Of a stretch of 64,000 nucleotides of DNA, positions 46,801 to 54,646 are shown piece by piece. The notes beneath the pieces were generated by a model, which ran no database searches, had not been told where the DNA came from, and worked only from the letters and a program-made list of their open reading frames with translations. The position numbers and the translations under genes were made by a program. This DNA comes from Chloroflexota bacterium (lineage in GTDB: Bacteria; Chloroflexota; Dehalococcoidia; DSTF01; RBG-16-68-14). Location: positions 6,028 through 70,027 of the forward strand of contig QIFC01000115.1 in NCBI GenBank assembly GCA_003228685.1, given 5' to 3'. The stretch's first letter is position 1, and every line of letters starts with the position of its first letter.

Positions 46801-49354
46801 TCAGTTCCAGCACGTCGCTCCCAGTGCAGAACGTCCCAAGGCGGACGTTCGCCAGAACGCCGCTCCCCGTGATGCCGGGCGCGCTACTCATGACACAGCC
46901 GTAGGCCATTGTGCCGGCGATCGGATCGACGTCGGGGCCGACGCAGACGACGCCGCCCCCGGTCGACGCGAGGAACGGACCGTTGGTGATGCTGTCGAAC
47001 GTCAGTAGGGTCGGGTCGAACGCAAGCGTAAACTGGTAGGCACCGAGGTCGGCGACGCTATCAATCTCAAGTCCGAAGACAACGTCCGCGCCTTCGGTGA
47101 CGCCCTGTGAGCTTGGGTTGAAGCGGACGTTCGTAGCGGGAGTTGGGGCCGGCGGCGTTGGTGTGTTCGTTGATGTCGGTGTTGGTGTTGGGACGGGCGT
47201 TGGGCAGCCCGTGCTGCCGATCACCGTCGCGCTGCCGTTCTGGCTCGCGGCCGCTATCGGACTGCCGGCTGAATCGGCGAGGCTTAGTTGTGTGATGGCC
47301 AAGCCGCTCGTGCCGCCGCAGAACGTAGCCAAACGAACAGTGGCAAGTACACCCGTCCCGTCAGGGCCAGCGGCGCCTGTCAGCGTACAGCCGATCTGGA
47401 CGGTCCCAGAGATCGGATTGACGTTGGGCCCGAGACAGAACGCCGCGCCTCCGGTGCTCTCAAGGAAGGCGCCATTGAGTGTATCAATGTGAGTCAGCAG
47501 GGTGGGGTCGTAGCTCAGCGTGAACGTGTAGCCGCCGAGGTCGGTGACGTCGTCGACCACAAGATCAACCACCACGTCAACGCCCTCGACCACGCCTTGG
47601 GAACTCGGATCTACTCGAACCAGCGTAGACGGGGCCGGCCCGGTCGGGGTCGCCGTAGGTATGGCCGTGGCGGTCGCTGTGGACGAAGGCGAGCAGCTTG
47701 TACCGCCGTTCACCCCAACGCTTGCATTGTGACCGACTGACGGTATCGCTCCGCCGACCGCGTCCGCGACGCTGACGTTCGCGAGTGTCAGCGCACCCGT
47801 CCCGGCGCATGAGGTTCCAAGCCGGACCGTTGCGAGCGTACCCGTGCCTGTGACGCCTGTCGCACTAGTTGACAAGCACCCGAAGCCGACCGTGCCCAGC
47901 GTTTCATCGACGGTGGGTCCGACGCAGACCACGGAGCCTCCGCTGCTACCCAGGAAGCTGCTGTTCGTGACATCCACGAACGTCAACAGCGATGGGTCAA
48001 AGGCGAGCGTGAAGTCGTATGCGCCCATCTCCGTGACAGCGTCAATGACGACATCGATGACGACATCGGCGCCCTCGCCGACGTTCTGGGCGTTCGGGTC
48101 GATGCGAACGACGGTCTCCGGAAGCGGCCCTGGCGTCGGCGTGGCTGGCGGTGTCGGTGAGGGCACCGTCGCCGTTTCTGTCGGCGTAAATGTGTCGGTT
48201 GGTGTCAGCGTATCCGTAGGCGTTGGGGGATCCGCGATGGTGATGTCGCCGCCTTGTTCCGATGCGATGAGGATCTTGGCACTCGTAATATCCGCCAGAA
48301 GCGTGTTCTCAAGCGTTAGGGTTGAGAAGCCGACGGCATCTGCCTGGAGCACTACGAGCGCCAACATGCCCGAGCCGTCCGGACCGGGCGGTTCGGTGCC
48401 AATCGATGCGCAGGCGAATGTCACTCGGTCTGGCAGCAGTTCAGGCAGGCAAACTATGGAGCGGCCGGTACTGCCCAAGAAGGCTGCGTTCAATACCGCG
48501 GCCGGTGACAGCAGTACGCTGTCGAAGACCAGATCGAACTGGAACGCCCCCAGGTTCGCGACGTTGTCAACGGCGATCAGGACCTCAGCCTGCCCGCCGG
48601 TGAAGGCGGCCTGCGAGACCGGCACGACACAGATGGCCGGACCGGCTGCGGCCGCACAGAGCTGCGGTGCTGGCGTTGGGGGCGGGCCTGTCGAGGTGGC
48701 CGTGGCCGTCGGCGTCGGACTCGGCGTAGGTGACGCGGGTCCGGGCGTTGGGGTCACGGTTGGCGTCGGACAGGCGCCGCCCCCAGTTACCGAAGCGCTG
48801 CCGTCTTGAGTCTGCGATGGAAGACCTGTTCCGAGTGCATCTCCAAGACCGGCAAGGGTGAAAGCGAGTGGAGTTGAGCCGGCGCATGATGTGCTGAACG
48901 TGATTGTTGCCAGTACGCCGCTGCCGCTCGGCCCATCTGGCGGCGGTGGCGCAAAGGTCACGCAGCCGTAGCGGACCGTGTCCGGACCGAGCTGCGGCGG
49001 CAGACAGGTGACACTTCTGCCAGTACTGCCGAGGAATGGGCCGTTCGTGACCGAGACGAAGGTTAGGATGCTCGGTTCGTATTGGATCTCGAACTCGTAG
49101 GCCGCAAGGCTTGTGACATTGTCGATGCGAATGTCGACGACGACGTCTGTTCCCGCGGAGACGTTCTGCGCCGGCGGGTCGACTCGAATGATGGTCGCAG
49201 GCGTCGGCGTAGGCGTAGGCTGCTGCGCTTGGGCTGTCGATGGAGCGAGCGTGCCTGTCGCTATCAAGAGGACGAGCACAGCTAAGGCCGCTCCGGCTCG
49301 TACTACAGTGGCCAGATGCAAGAGACTGGTCTCGCCGGAGGAGCGCAGCATCAT
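43859..49354 (-). CDS. 1831-aa scaffoldin-like protein: 7 tandem cohesin modules, 1 divergent cohesin, a dockerin-like module, a ~200-aa PT stalk and an LPDTG sortase signal
   Basis: Signal peptide ..[10 protein letters not shown]. Repeated ~140-aa modules follow the pattern (V/I)R(V/I)DP..Q.V..G.DVVVD..(I/V)D.V..LGAY.F.L..DP..L..V......FLGSTG....C.....G.V..GC.......G.GVLA...... and are separated by PT linkers. The C-terminus is [10 protein letters not shown] + hydrophobic helix + WWRRQR. Confidence 0.85.
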   Translation of the reverse strand: MMLRSSGETSLLHLATVVRAGAALAVLVLLIATGTLAPSTAQAQQPTPTPTPATIIRVDPPAQNVSAGTDVVVDIRIDNVTSLAAYEFEIQYEPSILTFVSVTNGPFLGSTGRSVTCLPPQLGPDTVRYGCVTFAPPPPDGPSGSGVLATITFSTSCAGSTPLAFTLAGLGDALGTGLPSQTQDGSASVTGGGACPTPTVTPTPGPASPTPSPTPTATATSTGPPPTPAPQLCAAAAGPAICVVPVSQAAFTGGQAEVLIAVDNVANLGAFQFDLVFDSVLLSPAAVLNAAFLGSTGRSIVCLPELLPDRVTFACASIGTEPPGPDGSGMLALVVLQADAVGFSTLTLENTLLADITSAKILIASEQGGDITIADPPTPTDTLTPTDTFTPTETATVPSPTPPATPTPGPLPETVVRIDPNAQNVGEGADVVIDVVIDAVTEMGAYDFTLAFDPSLLTFVDVTNSSFLGSSGGSVVCVGPTVDETLGTVGFGCLSTSATGVTGTGTLATVRLGTSCAGTGALTLANVSVADAVGGAIPSVGHNASVGVNGGTSCSPSSTATATAIPTATPTGPAPSTLVRVDPSSQGVVEGVDVVVDLVVDDVTDLGGYTFTLSYDPTLLTHIDTLNGAFLESTGGAAFCLGPNVNPISGTVQIGCTLTGAAGPDGTGVLATVRLATFCGGTSGLAITQLSLADSAGSPIAAASQNGSATVIGSTGCPTPVPTPTPTSTNTPTPPAPTPATNVRFNPSSQGVTEGADVVFGLEIDSVADLGAYQFTLAFDPTLLTFDSITNGPFLASTGGGVVCVGPDVDPIAGTMAYGCVMSSAPGITGSGVLANVRLGTFCTGSDVLELSSLEIADTAGLPIPVASQGSDVTVLGNITCPTPAPPSATPTSTPTGPTATPSATPTPPACNAALVLTVCLQPADQSIAQGSDAVYEIAVANSPELGAFQVTLTHDVAVASVTGIDPGPFLSSTLRNTTCLAPTFGPGIIQYVCVTLEPEPAGPTGSGVLAFVTLTGDAIGFTSLTLQDVILTDIGGLAHLAPVLQGGSLSVGVAPTVTPSSTPTTTLSPTPSDTPTPTLSPTPCPGGICPTATITQTPTDTPTPTDTPIPIDTPTATPTPAVGPITMRIQPTNQTVDLGTITSVDVVVENVTDLGAFQFRLDFSPAVTTIQEVAVGPFLGSTGRSLACLPATFGAGFVDFACASIGSIVPGPDGSGVIATFTYLAVGEGLSTQHLSNPILTDISSALLLPIVTQDGIIGVVAPSTATPLPAATQTPTATPGSPSLSGISPAPLRVAVTSGKLAVAYPDGTQSVAAPAVEPGEGVVAIAKEPSEANLFIGNEPLIIYERAYNTPAGPGVGGFELSIKFNHKVVSLEIDGQPFLDAIAGTDRTATCLSDLTEGEIRFGCVTSGSDPGPTGTFDLARVHVTPLSDLPLRPAPGNGIEVVLDDIAGNTQLSDTLGNSIPLNLVGDARIIVRVLESDINADCAVNVSDEQMVAARFGAEKGSKFYETWFDLEPEGVADGDIDINDLQAVYGRHGSTCANPWQAQEPPTKTTPTFTPTPSPIDQTPTPTPVATVTTTPGATVTPATTSTPTPGGEDAGTPAATVTPTATPTEGDTPTATPLPTVTATVTPTEEPSSSGTPEPSPTTLATVTATSTHTPVPGATVTDTPAPDATATDTPVLPNTATPTPLRPPTATPLPTATSTSPPVPTATPVFIARPTDSPQATATPTDGTDTGPPVIGASTATPVSDVAPSARGPVVGLPDTGSGSNSQDRLSTSLAGAALLGGLAMLIGSRMLWWRRQRVSAREPFRLRFREVLASERQDTRP
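45569..49195 (-). repeat. seven tandem ~420-nt cohesin-coding modules separated by PT-linker low-complexity DNA
   Basis: Module boundaries come from a hand count of the translation: aa 54-193, 232-373, 413-553, 577-716, 741-880, 910-1054 and 1124-1262. Confidence 0.75.
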
Positions 49355-49716
49355 CCTAGCTGCGCCCCCGAGCGTGGATCAGCGTCTTTGGGAGTGTCGG
49401 GGAATGGTAATCGAGTCACCTACGCCTTCCATAGTCCCAACGTTCACCCCGAGGGCAACATAACGACAGGGTCTCAAGGCGTCCGTGCACTCAAGTCCGT
49501 GCTTGGGCTCATCGGGTGGCTTGGGAGTGGCAGTTGCTCGTCATGAACTCCGCTCCCTCACGTAGCGGTGCCACCGATCTCGGTAACAGGTCAACTATAG
49601 TATCCCCGCATGATGTTTAGGGCTCATATATAAGGTGTCAAATGGTTGTTAAACATAATCAGCTAGTTCCATCGCTTCTTGCGTCGCGAGGCGAGAGGTT
49701 CGTAGAATGATTCTCG

Positions 49717-50355
49717 ATGACGCAAGACATTATTCCGCTGGAAGACACCGACGTTGAGGAGGAGCTGAAGAGCAACCTGCTCATGGGCTCAGTCGATCAA
49801 CTGCTCAACTGGGCTCGCAGTTCTTCGCTCTGGCCCGCCATGTTCGGCCTCGCTTGCTGCGCGATCGAGATGATCGCGACGGCCACGTCACGCTATGACA
49901 TCGCTCGTTTCGGCGCCGAGGTGTTTCGCGCTTCGCCACGACAGGCCGATCTGATGATCGTCGCCGGTACGGTGACGTGGAAGATGGCCCCGGCGGTACG
50001 GCGGGTCTACCTGCAGATGGCAGAGCCGCGCTGGGTGATCGCATTCGGCGGCTGCGCGACCATGGGCGGCCCGTTCGCGTTCGGCTACAGCACGTTGCCC
50101 GGCGTCAATCTGGTTGTGCCGGTGGACGTCTACGTACCTGGCTGCCCGCCCAGGCCGGAATCGCTTCTCCAAGGGCTGATGCTGTTACAGGACCAGATCA
50201 TGGAATCGGGCCCCAACGGCCGCCGAGACCGGCCGGCTCCTGACGGCGACTTCAGCCCCTATCTACCGGAAGGCGATCCTATCCGGCTTGAACTGGAATC
50301 GCTGTTTCCGCCCTTCACACCTGCCGCGGACGCTGCCGCCACCACTGCCAGCTAA
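49717..50355 (+). CDS. nuoB: NADH-quinone oxidoreductase subunit B (NuoB/NQO6-like), not adjacent to other nuo genes
   Basis: Motifs [24 protein letters not shown] and PGCPPRPE (N2 cluster cysteines). Confidence 0.85.
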   Translation: MTQDIIPLEDTDVEEELKSNLLMGSVDQLLNWARSSSLWPAMFGLACCAIEMIATATSRYDIARFGAEVFRASPRQADLMIVAGTVTWKMAPAVRRVYLQMAEPRWVIAFGGCATMGGPFAFGYSTLPGVNLVVPVDVYVPGCPPRPESLLQGLMLLQDQIMESGPNGRRDRPAPDGDFSPYLPEGDPIRLELESLFPPFTPAADAAATTAS

Positions 50356-50421
50356 CCAAAGCTAGCCGCAAGCCCGCCGACTATATAGATAGGCCTACTA
50401 CTGAAGTAAAGGGGCACGTCT

Positions 50422-51387
50422 ATGTTACGTACACTCGCTCTGATTCTCTTGCCGATCGCGCTGCTCGCGGCTGCCTGCGGAGGCGGTTCGTCCAACGATG
50501 GCGCAGTCCGTGACTCAGGCGATGAGCCGATCGAGTCGGCGCCCGCCGCGGCGCGCGATGCGGGACCGGACGGAATTTACGGCACTGACGATGACACTGT
50601 TGTCGGTGACGTTCAGCAGTTCGATAAAGCCTTCGATGACTCGGTGGTGTCCATCGAGCCCGGCGACGTAAACGACTCCAGTGGCGATAGCAGCGCTGGC
50701 CCCGCCAGCTTCAGTGGTGGTGACTTCGTCATCGGCGACGGTGGGCTGGATGGCGGGCTCAACGACAACGCGGTTCTTGGCGCGCTCAATCCCTTCTCCT
50801 TTTTAGGAGGAATGAGTGTCGGTGCGTCGCTGCAGGAGATCGACCCGGAACTCGGGTCGGCGCTGCTGGTCGACTCGGACGTCCCCAGCGGCTTCGTCCC
50901 GATGGGTGAATTCTCGTTCTCCGCACCGTCCGAGTTCGGAGACATGGACATGGCCGGCCGCATGTGGGGCCGCGGCGTCGAGTCCGACGAATTCGGCGCG
51001 ATGATCATGTCGGCCGCAATGGTGTTGCCGCCTGAGGCGATGGGAGAGATCGATGAGCTGACCGGCCTGACGGAAGCCGACCTGGCCGAGATGCAGGGCG
51101 CGTCGGAAGACTTCGGGATGGACTTCGCAAAACTCGAACTCCTGGACGTCGATGGCCTTGGCGAGGACGGCTTCGGCATGCACATGGAACTCGATTTCGG
51201 AGCATTCTTCTCGGCGTTTGGCGCCTCCGAGGAGGACGCTGGCCCCGCGGGCATCGCGATGGACATGTACGCGTTCGTGGTTGGAGACCGTGTGCTGATG
51301 CTGATGGTGATGTGGCCGATAGGTGAGCCGCAAGGAGCGGACGGCCGCAGCCTCGCCGAGATCATGGCGTCGCGGGCCCAGGCCTGA
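50422..51387 (+). CDS. acidic lipoprotein, unknown function
   Basis: Signal and lipobox LLPIALLAAACGGGSS. The mature part is rich in D, E, G and M. Confidence 0.55.
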   Translation: MLRTLALILLPIALLAAACGGGSSNDGAVRDSGDEPIESAPAAARDAGPDGIYGTDDDTVVGDVQQFDKAFDDSVVSIEPGDVNDSSGDSSAGPASFSGGDFVIGDGGLDGGLNDNAVLGALNPFSFLGGMSVGASLQEIDPELGSALLVDSDVPSGFVPMGEFSFSAPSEFGDMDMAGRMWGRGVESDEFGAMIMSAAMVLPPEAMGEIDELTGLTEADLAEMQGASEDFGMDFAKLELLDVDGLGEDGFGMHMELDFGAFFSAFGASEEDAGPAGIAMDMYAFVVGDRVLMLMVMWPIGEPQGADGRSLAEIMASRAQA

Positions 51388-51403
51388 AGGCTGCGCCTTC
51401 AGG
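51383..51403. terminator. 8-bp hairpin between convergent genes
   Basis: cctgaagg-ctgcg-ccttcagg spans the stop at 51387 (+) and lies just 3' of the stop at 51406 (-). Confidence 0.5.
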
Positions 51404-51405
51404 GG

Positions 51406-51723
51406 TTAGTAGCGGAACCAGACCTTTCCCAGGATCAAGTTGGCCGGCACGGGGCCGAACGCGCGGCTGTCGGTGCTTGCGTCCGCATGATCGCCCGCCA
51501 CCTCGACACTGTTGCCGTGCGTTGTGTCGATCCGCTTGATTAGCAATCGTTCCGGCTCGCGGGGGTCACGCAGCACGACGATGTCGCCCGCCCTCGGGGG
51601 GCGGAACCAGTAGGAGGCTCGGCTGACAACAACGCGCTCGCCGGGAGACACCGAGGGCGCCATGCTCTCCCCTTCGACCACGAATCGGTCGAAGGGGAGC
51701 AGAGCGCGCAATCGGCGCAGCAT
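51406..51723 (-). CDS. sodX: nickel-type superoxide dismutase maturation protease (S26/S24 signal-peptidase-like)
   Basis: VEGESMAPSVSPGERVVV, GDIVVLRDP, LIKRI and DSRAFGPV. It sits immediately downstream of sodN. Confidence 0.8.
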   Translation of the reverse strand: MLRRLRALLPFDRFVVEGESMAPSVSPGERVVVSRASYWFRPPRAGDIVVLRDPREPERLLIKRIDTTHGNSVEVAGDHADASTDSRAFGPVPANLILGKVWFRY

Positions 51724-51743
51724 GAATCGTGTTGCGGCCGGCG

Positions 51744-52262
51744 TTAGGCCGGCAGGACGGACTCGCCCCCGACAGCCTGGTTGGAGGGGCCCCGCCTGGT
51801 GGCGACACCCTTGGTCGCCCAGAACGCCTCGGCGAACTGCTGCACGGCGGCGAGCAGTTCATCGGCGGCAGCCGCGTCGACCGTCTGGCGTACCTTGGAG
51901 CCGAGCTTCAAGATGTTCCAGACTTTCGTGTGCAGCTCTGGGTGGTCTTCCAGGTGCTCCGGCTTGAAGTAGTCCGCCCAGATGATGCGGACCTCGTGCT
52001 TGCACAGCTCGGCGTGCTCTTCCTTCACGGAGATGTAGCGCAGCATCGAGTTCGCGTATGCGTTCCTGGTCGCGTCGTCCGCGTCCGGCCCCGGCCGCTC
52101 CAGGCCATCGATGAGCTGGTGCATGCGAACGACGGTCTGCGCGGCGATCTGCGCCATGCCGGGATCGTAGATGCCGCAGGGAATGTCGCAGTGGGCGCTG
52201 ACCTTCTGAGGCGGGCTGAGCCGGTCCAAGACTCTTAGCGATGAACGAACCAGTGTATTCAT
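51744..52262 (-). CDS. sodN: nickel-containing superoxide dismutase (NiSOD) precursor
   Basis: Leader MNTLVRSSLRVLDRLSPPQKVSA, followed by the Ni-hook HCDIPCGIYDP. GGAGGT lies 6 nt before the ATG. Confidence 0.9.
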   Translation of the reverse strand: MNTLVRSSLRVLDRLSPPQKVSAHCDIPCGIYDPGMAQIAAQTVVRMHQLIDGLERPGPDADDATRNAYANSMLRYISVKEEHAELCKHEVRIIWADYFKPEHLEDHPELHTKVWNILKLGSKVRQTVDAAAADELLAAVQQFAEAFWATKGVATRRGPSNQAVGGESVLPA

Positions 52263-52295
52263 ATGAGTACCTCCATGTAATCCCGGGGGATGATG

Positions 52296-52315
52296 TTGTT
52301 AGCACAGTCTAACAA
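52296..52315. promoter_or_regulatory. perfect 7-6-7 inverted repeat upstream of sodN (candidate operator)
   Basis: TTGTTAG-cacagt-CTAACAA lies 34-53 nt upstream of the sodN start, in the divergent sodN/crotonase intergenic region. Confidence 0.4.
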
Positions 52316-52414
52316 AGTGGCATTTCGCTGTAAATAGACTTCAAAAGCGAGCGACACGAATGGCTGCTATGATCGTTCGTTGATCATCTTCGCTCATCTA
52401 TGAGGGAGGCTGCT

Positions 52415-53263
52415 ATGGCAGACAGTCCAATCGACTACAGTACACGAGGCGCCCTGGCGTTCATCACGTTGAACAGGCCGGAACGGCTCAACGCGATCGG
52501 GCTTGGGATGACCGCGGGCCTGCGCGACGCCGTCGCTAAGGCGAACGGCGACGGGGATGTCCGCGTGATCGTTCTGCGCGGAGCCGGGCGCGCGTTCTGC
52601 GCCGGCTACGATCTACAGGGGGCGCCGCAGGCCGAGGCGGACGCGCAAGAGCGCACAGGCGGTTGGGACCCGGTGGCCGATTACTCGTTCATGTCCGAGA
52701 ATGTCCGCTGCTTCATGAGCCTCTGGGAGTCGAGGAAGCCGGTGATCGCGCAGGTGCATGGCTGGTGCGTGGGCGGCGGCACAGACATGGCGCTGTGTTC
52801 CGACCTGATCTTCATGGCCGACGATGCCCGCATCGGCTATCCGCCGGCGCGCATCTGGGGAACGCCGACGACGAACATGTGGGTGTATCGCCTCGGGCTT
52901 GAGAACGCGAAGCGCATCATGCTCACCGGCGAGTCGCTCGATGGGCCGGAGGCGGTGCGGCTTGGGTTGGCATCGAGATCCGTGCCGGCAGACCGGCTGC
53001 AGGAAGAGGTGGAGACGTTCGCCGAGAAGCTGGCCACGACCCCCGCGAACCAGTTGGCGATGAACAAGCTGCTGGTCAACCAAGCCTATGAAAATATGGG
53101 CCTGCGAACGACGCAGACGCTGGGGACGTTTTTCGACGGGATTGCGCGGCACACGCCTGAGGGGCTGGCGTGGCGAGACCTAGCGCTGAAGGAAGGCTTC
53201 CAAGAAGCGGTGCGTCAGCGAGACGAGCCTTGGTCTGACTACGGAAGCAGGCCGCGGGCCTAG
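52415..53263 (+). CDS. enoyl-CoA hydratase/isomerase (crotonase) family
   Basis: ALAFITLNRPERLNA, FCAGYDL and HGWCVGGGTDMAL. The ATG lies 6 nt after GAGGGAGG. Confidence 0.85.
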   Translation: MADSPIDYSTRGALAFITLNRPERLNAIGLGMTAGLRDAVAKANGDGDVRVIVLRGAGRAFCAGYDLQGAPQAEADAQERTGGWDPVADYSFMSENVRCFMSLWESRKPVIAQVHGWCVGGGTDMALCSDLIFMADDARIGYPPARIWGTPTTNMWVYRLGLENAKRIMLTGESLDGPEAVRLGLASRSVPADRLQEEVETFAEKLATTPANQLAMNKLLVNQAYENMGLRTTQTLGTFFDGIARHTPEGLAWRDLALKEGFQEAVRQRDEPWSDYGSRPRA

Positions 53264-53493
53264 ACGCCCGGCGGCGTCTCGCCGATAGGCCCGCCGGGGT
53301 CGAGCACGTCGCCATCGAGCGAGATGATGGACGGGCGCTCTTCGCAGTAGCCGCCGAACTCACACTTATCGAACGCGAAGGCGTTGCGCTCCTTGTCGTA
53401 GCGGATCTCCCACGTCCCGCCGATCACGTTGCGATCCAGCGCGAGTTGCTGCTCGAGGATCTTCTGTAGCGCTTCGAGTTGTCTGCGTCCCAT
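53260..53493 (-). CDS. small hypothetical protein (77 aa)
   Basis: Its start overlaps the stop of the upstream thioesterase gene by 1 nt (stop/start coupling). Composition looks coding. No motif was recognised. Confidence 0.45.
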   Translation of the reverse strand: MGRRQLEALQKILEQQLALDRNVIGGTWEIRYDKERNAFAFDKCEFGGYCEERPSIISLDGDVLDPGGPIGETPPGV

Positions 53494-53957
53494 CAGTCGT
53501 CCTTCCCCGAGCCCCGCTTTTGAAGCATTACGTGAGTGCCGGTTACCGTTGCGAGTAGCCGTCCCTCATCATCGTGGATTTCCGAACCCACGACCATCAT
53601 TGTGCGCCCCCTGTGGACGATGCGCGACGTGGTGGTGGCCTTGCCTTTGTCTGTGTTGCGCAGGAGGTTGGAGCTGATCTGCACTGAGAGCGGAAACGGC
53701 AGATCGTCGCGCTCGCCGGTCGGGTCGATCGCTCGGAAGCAGACCATGGTGGCCGCGACGTCGGCGAGCTGGATCAGTGCGCCCGCCGCGAAGACGCCTG
53801 TTCCTTGGCGGACGTTAGGGCCGTGTGGCATCTCCATGACAACTTGCTCTGCCGATGCCTCGATGGGGCGCAGACTAAGGGCGAGGATAACGTTTCCGCC
53901 CGATTCCTCAAGCCCTTGTTGCCAGGACTCAAACCAGTCGTCGTCGAACTCGGACAC
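53493..53957 (-). CDS. PaaI-family hot-dog thioesterase
   Basis: GTGVFAAGALIQLADVA....VHRGRTMMVV matches the pattern of PaaI/YbgC-type thioesterases. Confidence 0.65.
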   Translation of the reverse strand: MSEFDDDWFESWQQGLEESGGNVILALSLRPIEASAEQVVMEMPHGPNVRQGTGVFAAGALIQLADVAATMVCFRAIDPTGERDDLPFPLSVQISSNLLRNTDKGKATTTSRIVHRGRTMMVVGSEIHDDEGRLLATVTGTHVMLQKRGSGKDD

Positions 53958-54607
53958 TAGCTCTCTTCCCAGCTGACGTCGCCGCGGAGGTCGGCCGGGT
54001 GTTCCTTCGACGCGAAAGTTGCGTACTCGCGCTTTGAGTCGCCGATCCGCCCGTCGTCGCCGTGGCCCGGGTGAATGACGGTGTCGTCCGGCAGGCCGAA
54101 GAGCTTGGACGTGATCGATTGGATCGATTGCTGCAGGTCGGCGTTGGTGCTCGTACGGCCCGGCCCGCCCGGGAAGAGCGTGTCGCCGCTGATCAGCCGG
54201 TCCTCGATGAGGAGGCAGGTGCTGCCCGGCGTGTGGCCCGGCGTGTGGATGGCCTTCACGGTCAGGCCGCCGATAGCGAACTCTTCGCCGTCCGCGATCG
54301 TTTCATCGACCTTCGAGGAGTAGGGTTCGCGGTCGCTGTCGTGGGTGGCGACGGGGGCGTCCGTCACCGCCTTCACGGCATCGATGCCCGCCCAGTGATC
54401 TTGATGGCGATGCGTGATGAAGATGCGCACGATGTTCCCGCCATCGAGAGCGCTCAGGATCGTCTCGCCGTCCTGCGGCGCGTCGACGAGGAGCGTGTCG
54501 CCGGTCTCCTTATCCTGGATCAGGTAAGCGTTGTTGGCAATGGGCCCGAGCGGCCCCGCTTTGACCAGCCTGAGCCGGCCTTGTTCGTGTACGTCCATTG
54601 GATGCAC
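53957..54607 (-). CDS. MBL-fold metallo-hydrolase (glyoxalase II-like)
   Basis: Motifs FITHRHQDHWAG, TPGHTPGS and GDTLF.GG.GR. Confidence 0.8.
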   Translation of the reverse strand: MHPMDVHEQGRLRLVKAGPLGPIANNAYLIQDKETGDTLLVDAPQDGETILSALDGGNIVRIFITHRHQDHWAGIDAVKAVTDAPVATHDSDREPYSSKVDETIADGEEFAIGGLTVKAIHTPGHTPGSTCLLIEDRLISGDTLFPGGPGRTSTNADLQQSIQSITSKLFGLPDDTVIHPGHGDDGRIGDSKREYATFASKEHPADLRGDVSWEES

Positions 54608-54646
54608 CTCCAGTTCGCGAATATAGCAGAGGACAGTGCGGTAGGT

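Noticed and set aside
43974-48809. Plus-strand ORFs inside the scaffoldin gene (43974-44651, 47097-47492, 47844-48809) and inside other locus genes (30639-31106, 33292-34437, 34673-35047). They encode GV/GVGV-rich peptides.
   Set aside because: They are the reverse-complement reading of Pro/Thr-linker and cohesin codons (ACN/CCN gives NGT/NGG, hence Gly/Val). They have no start context or motifs, and the minus-strand frames carry the conserved modules and SD sites.
30077-49354. Interpretation as a classical plant-cell-wall-degrading cellulosome.
   Set aside because: I could not find any glycoside hydrolase, carbohydrate esterase, polysaccharide lyase or CBM signature in any of the dockerin-bearing proteins, and anchoring is by sortase signals rather than SLH modules. 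This should still be checked with dbCAN.
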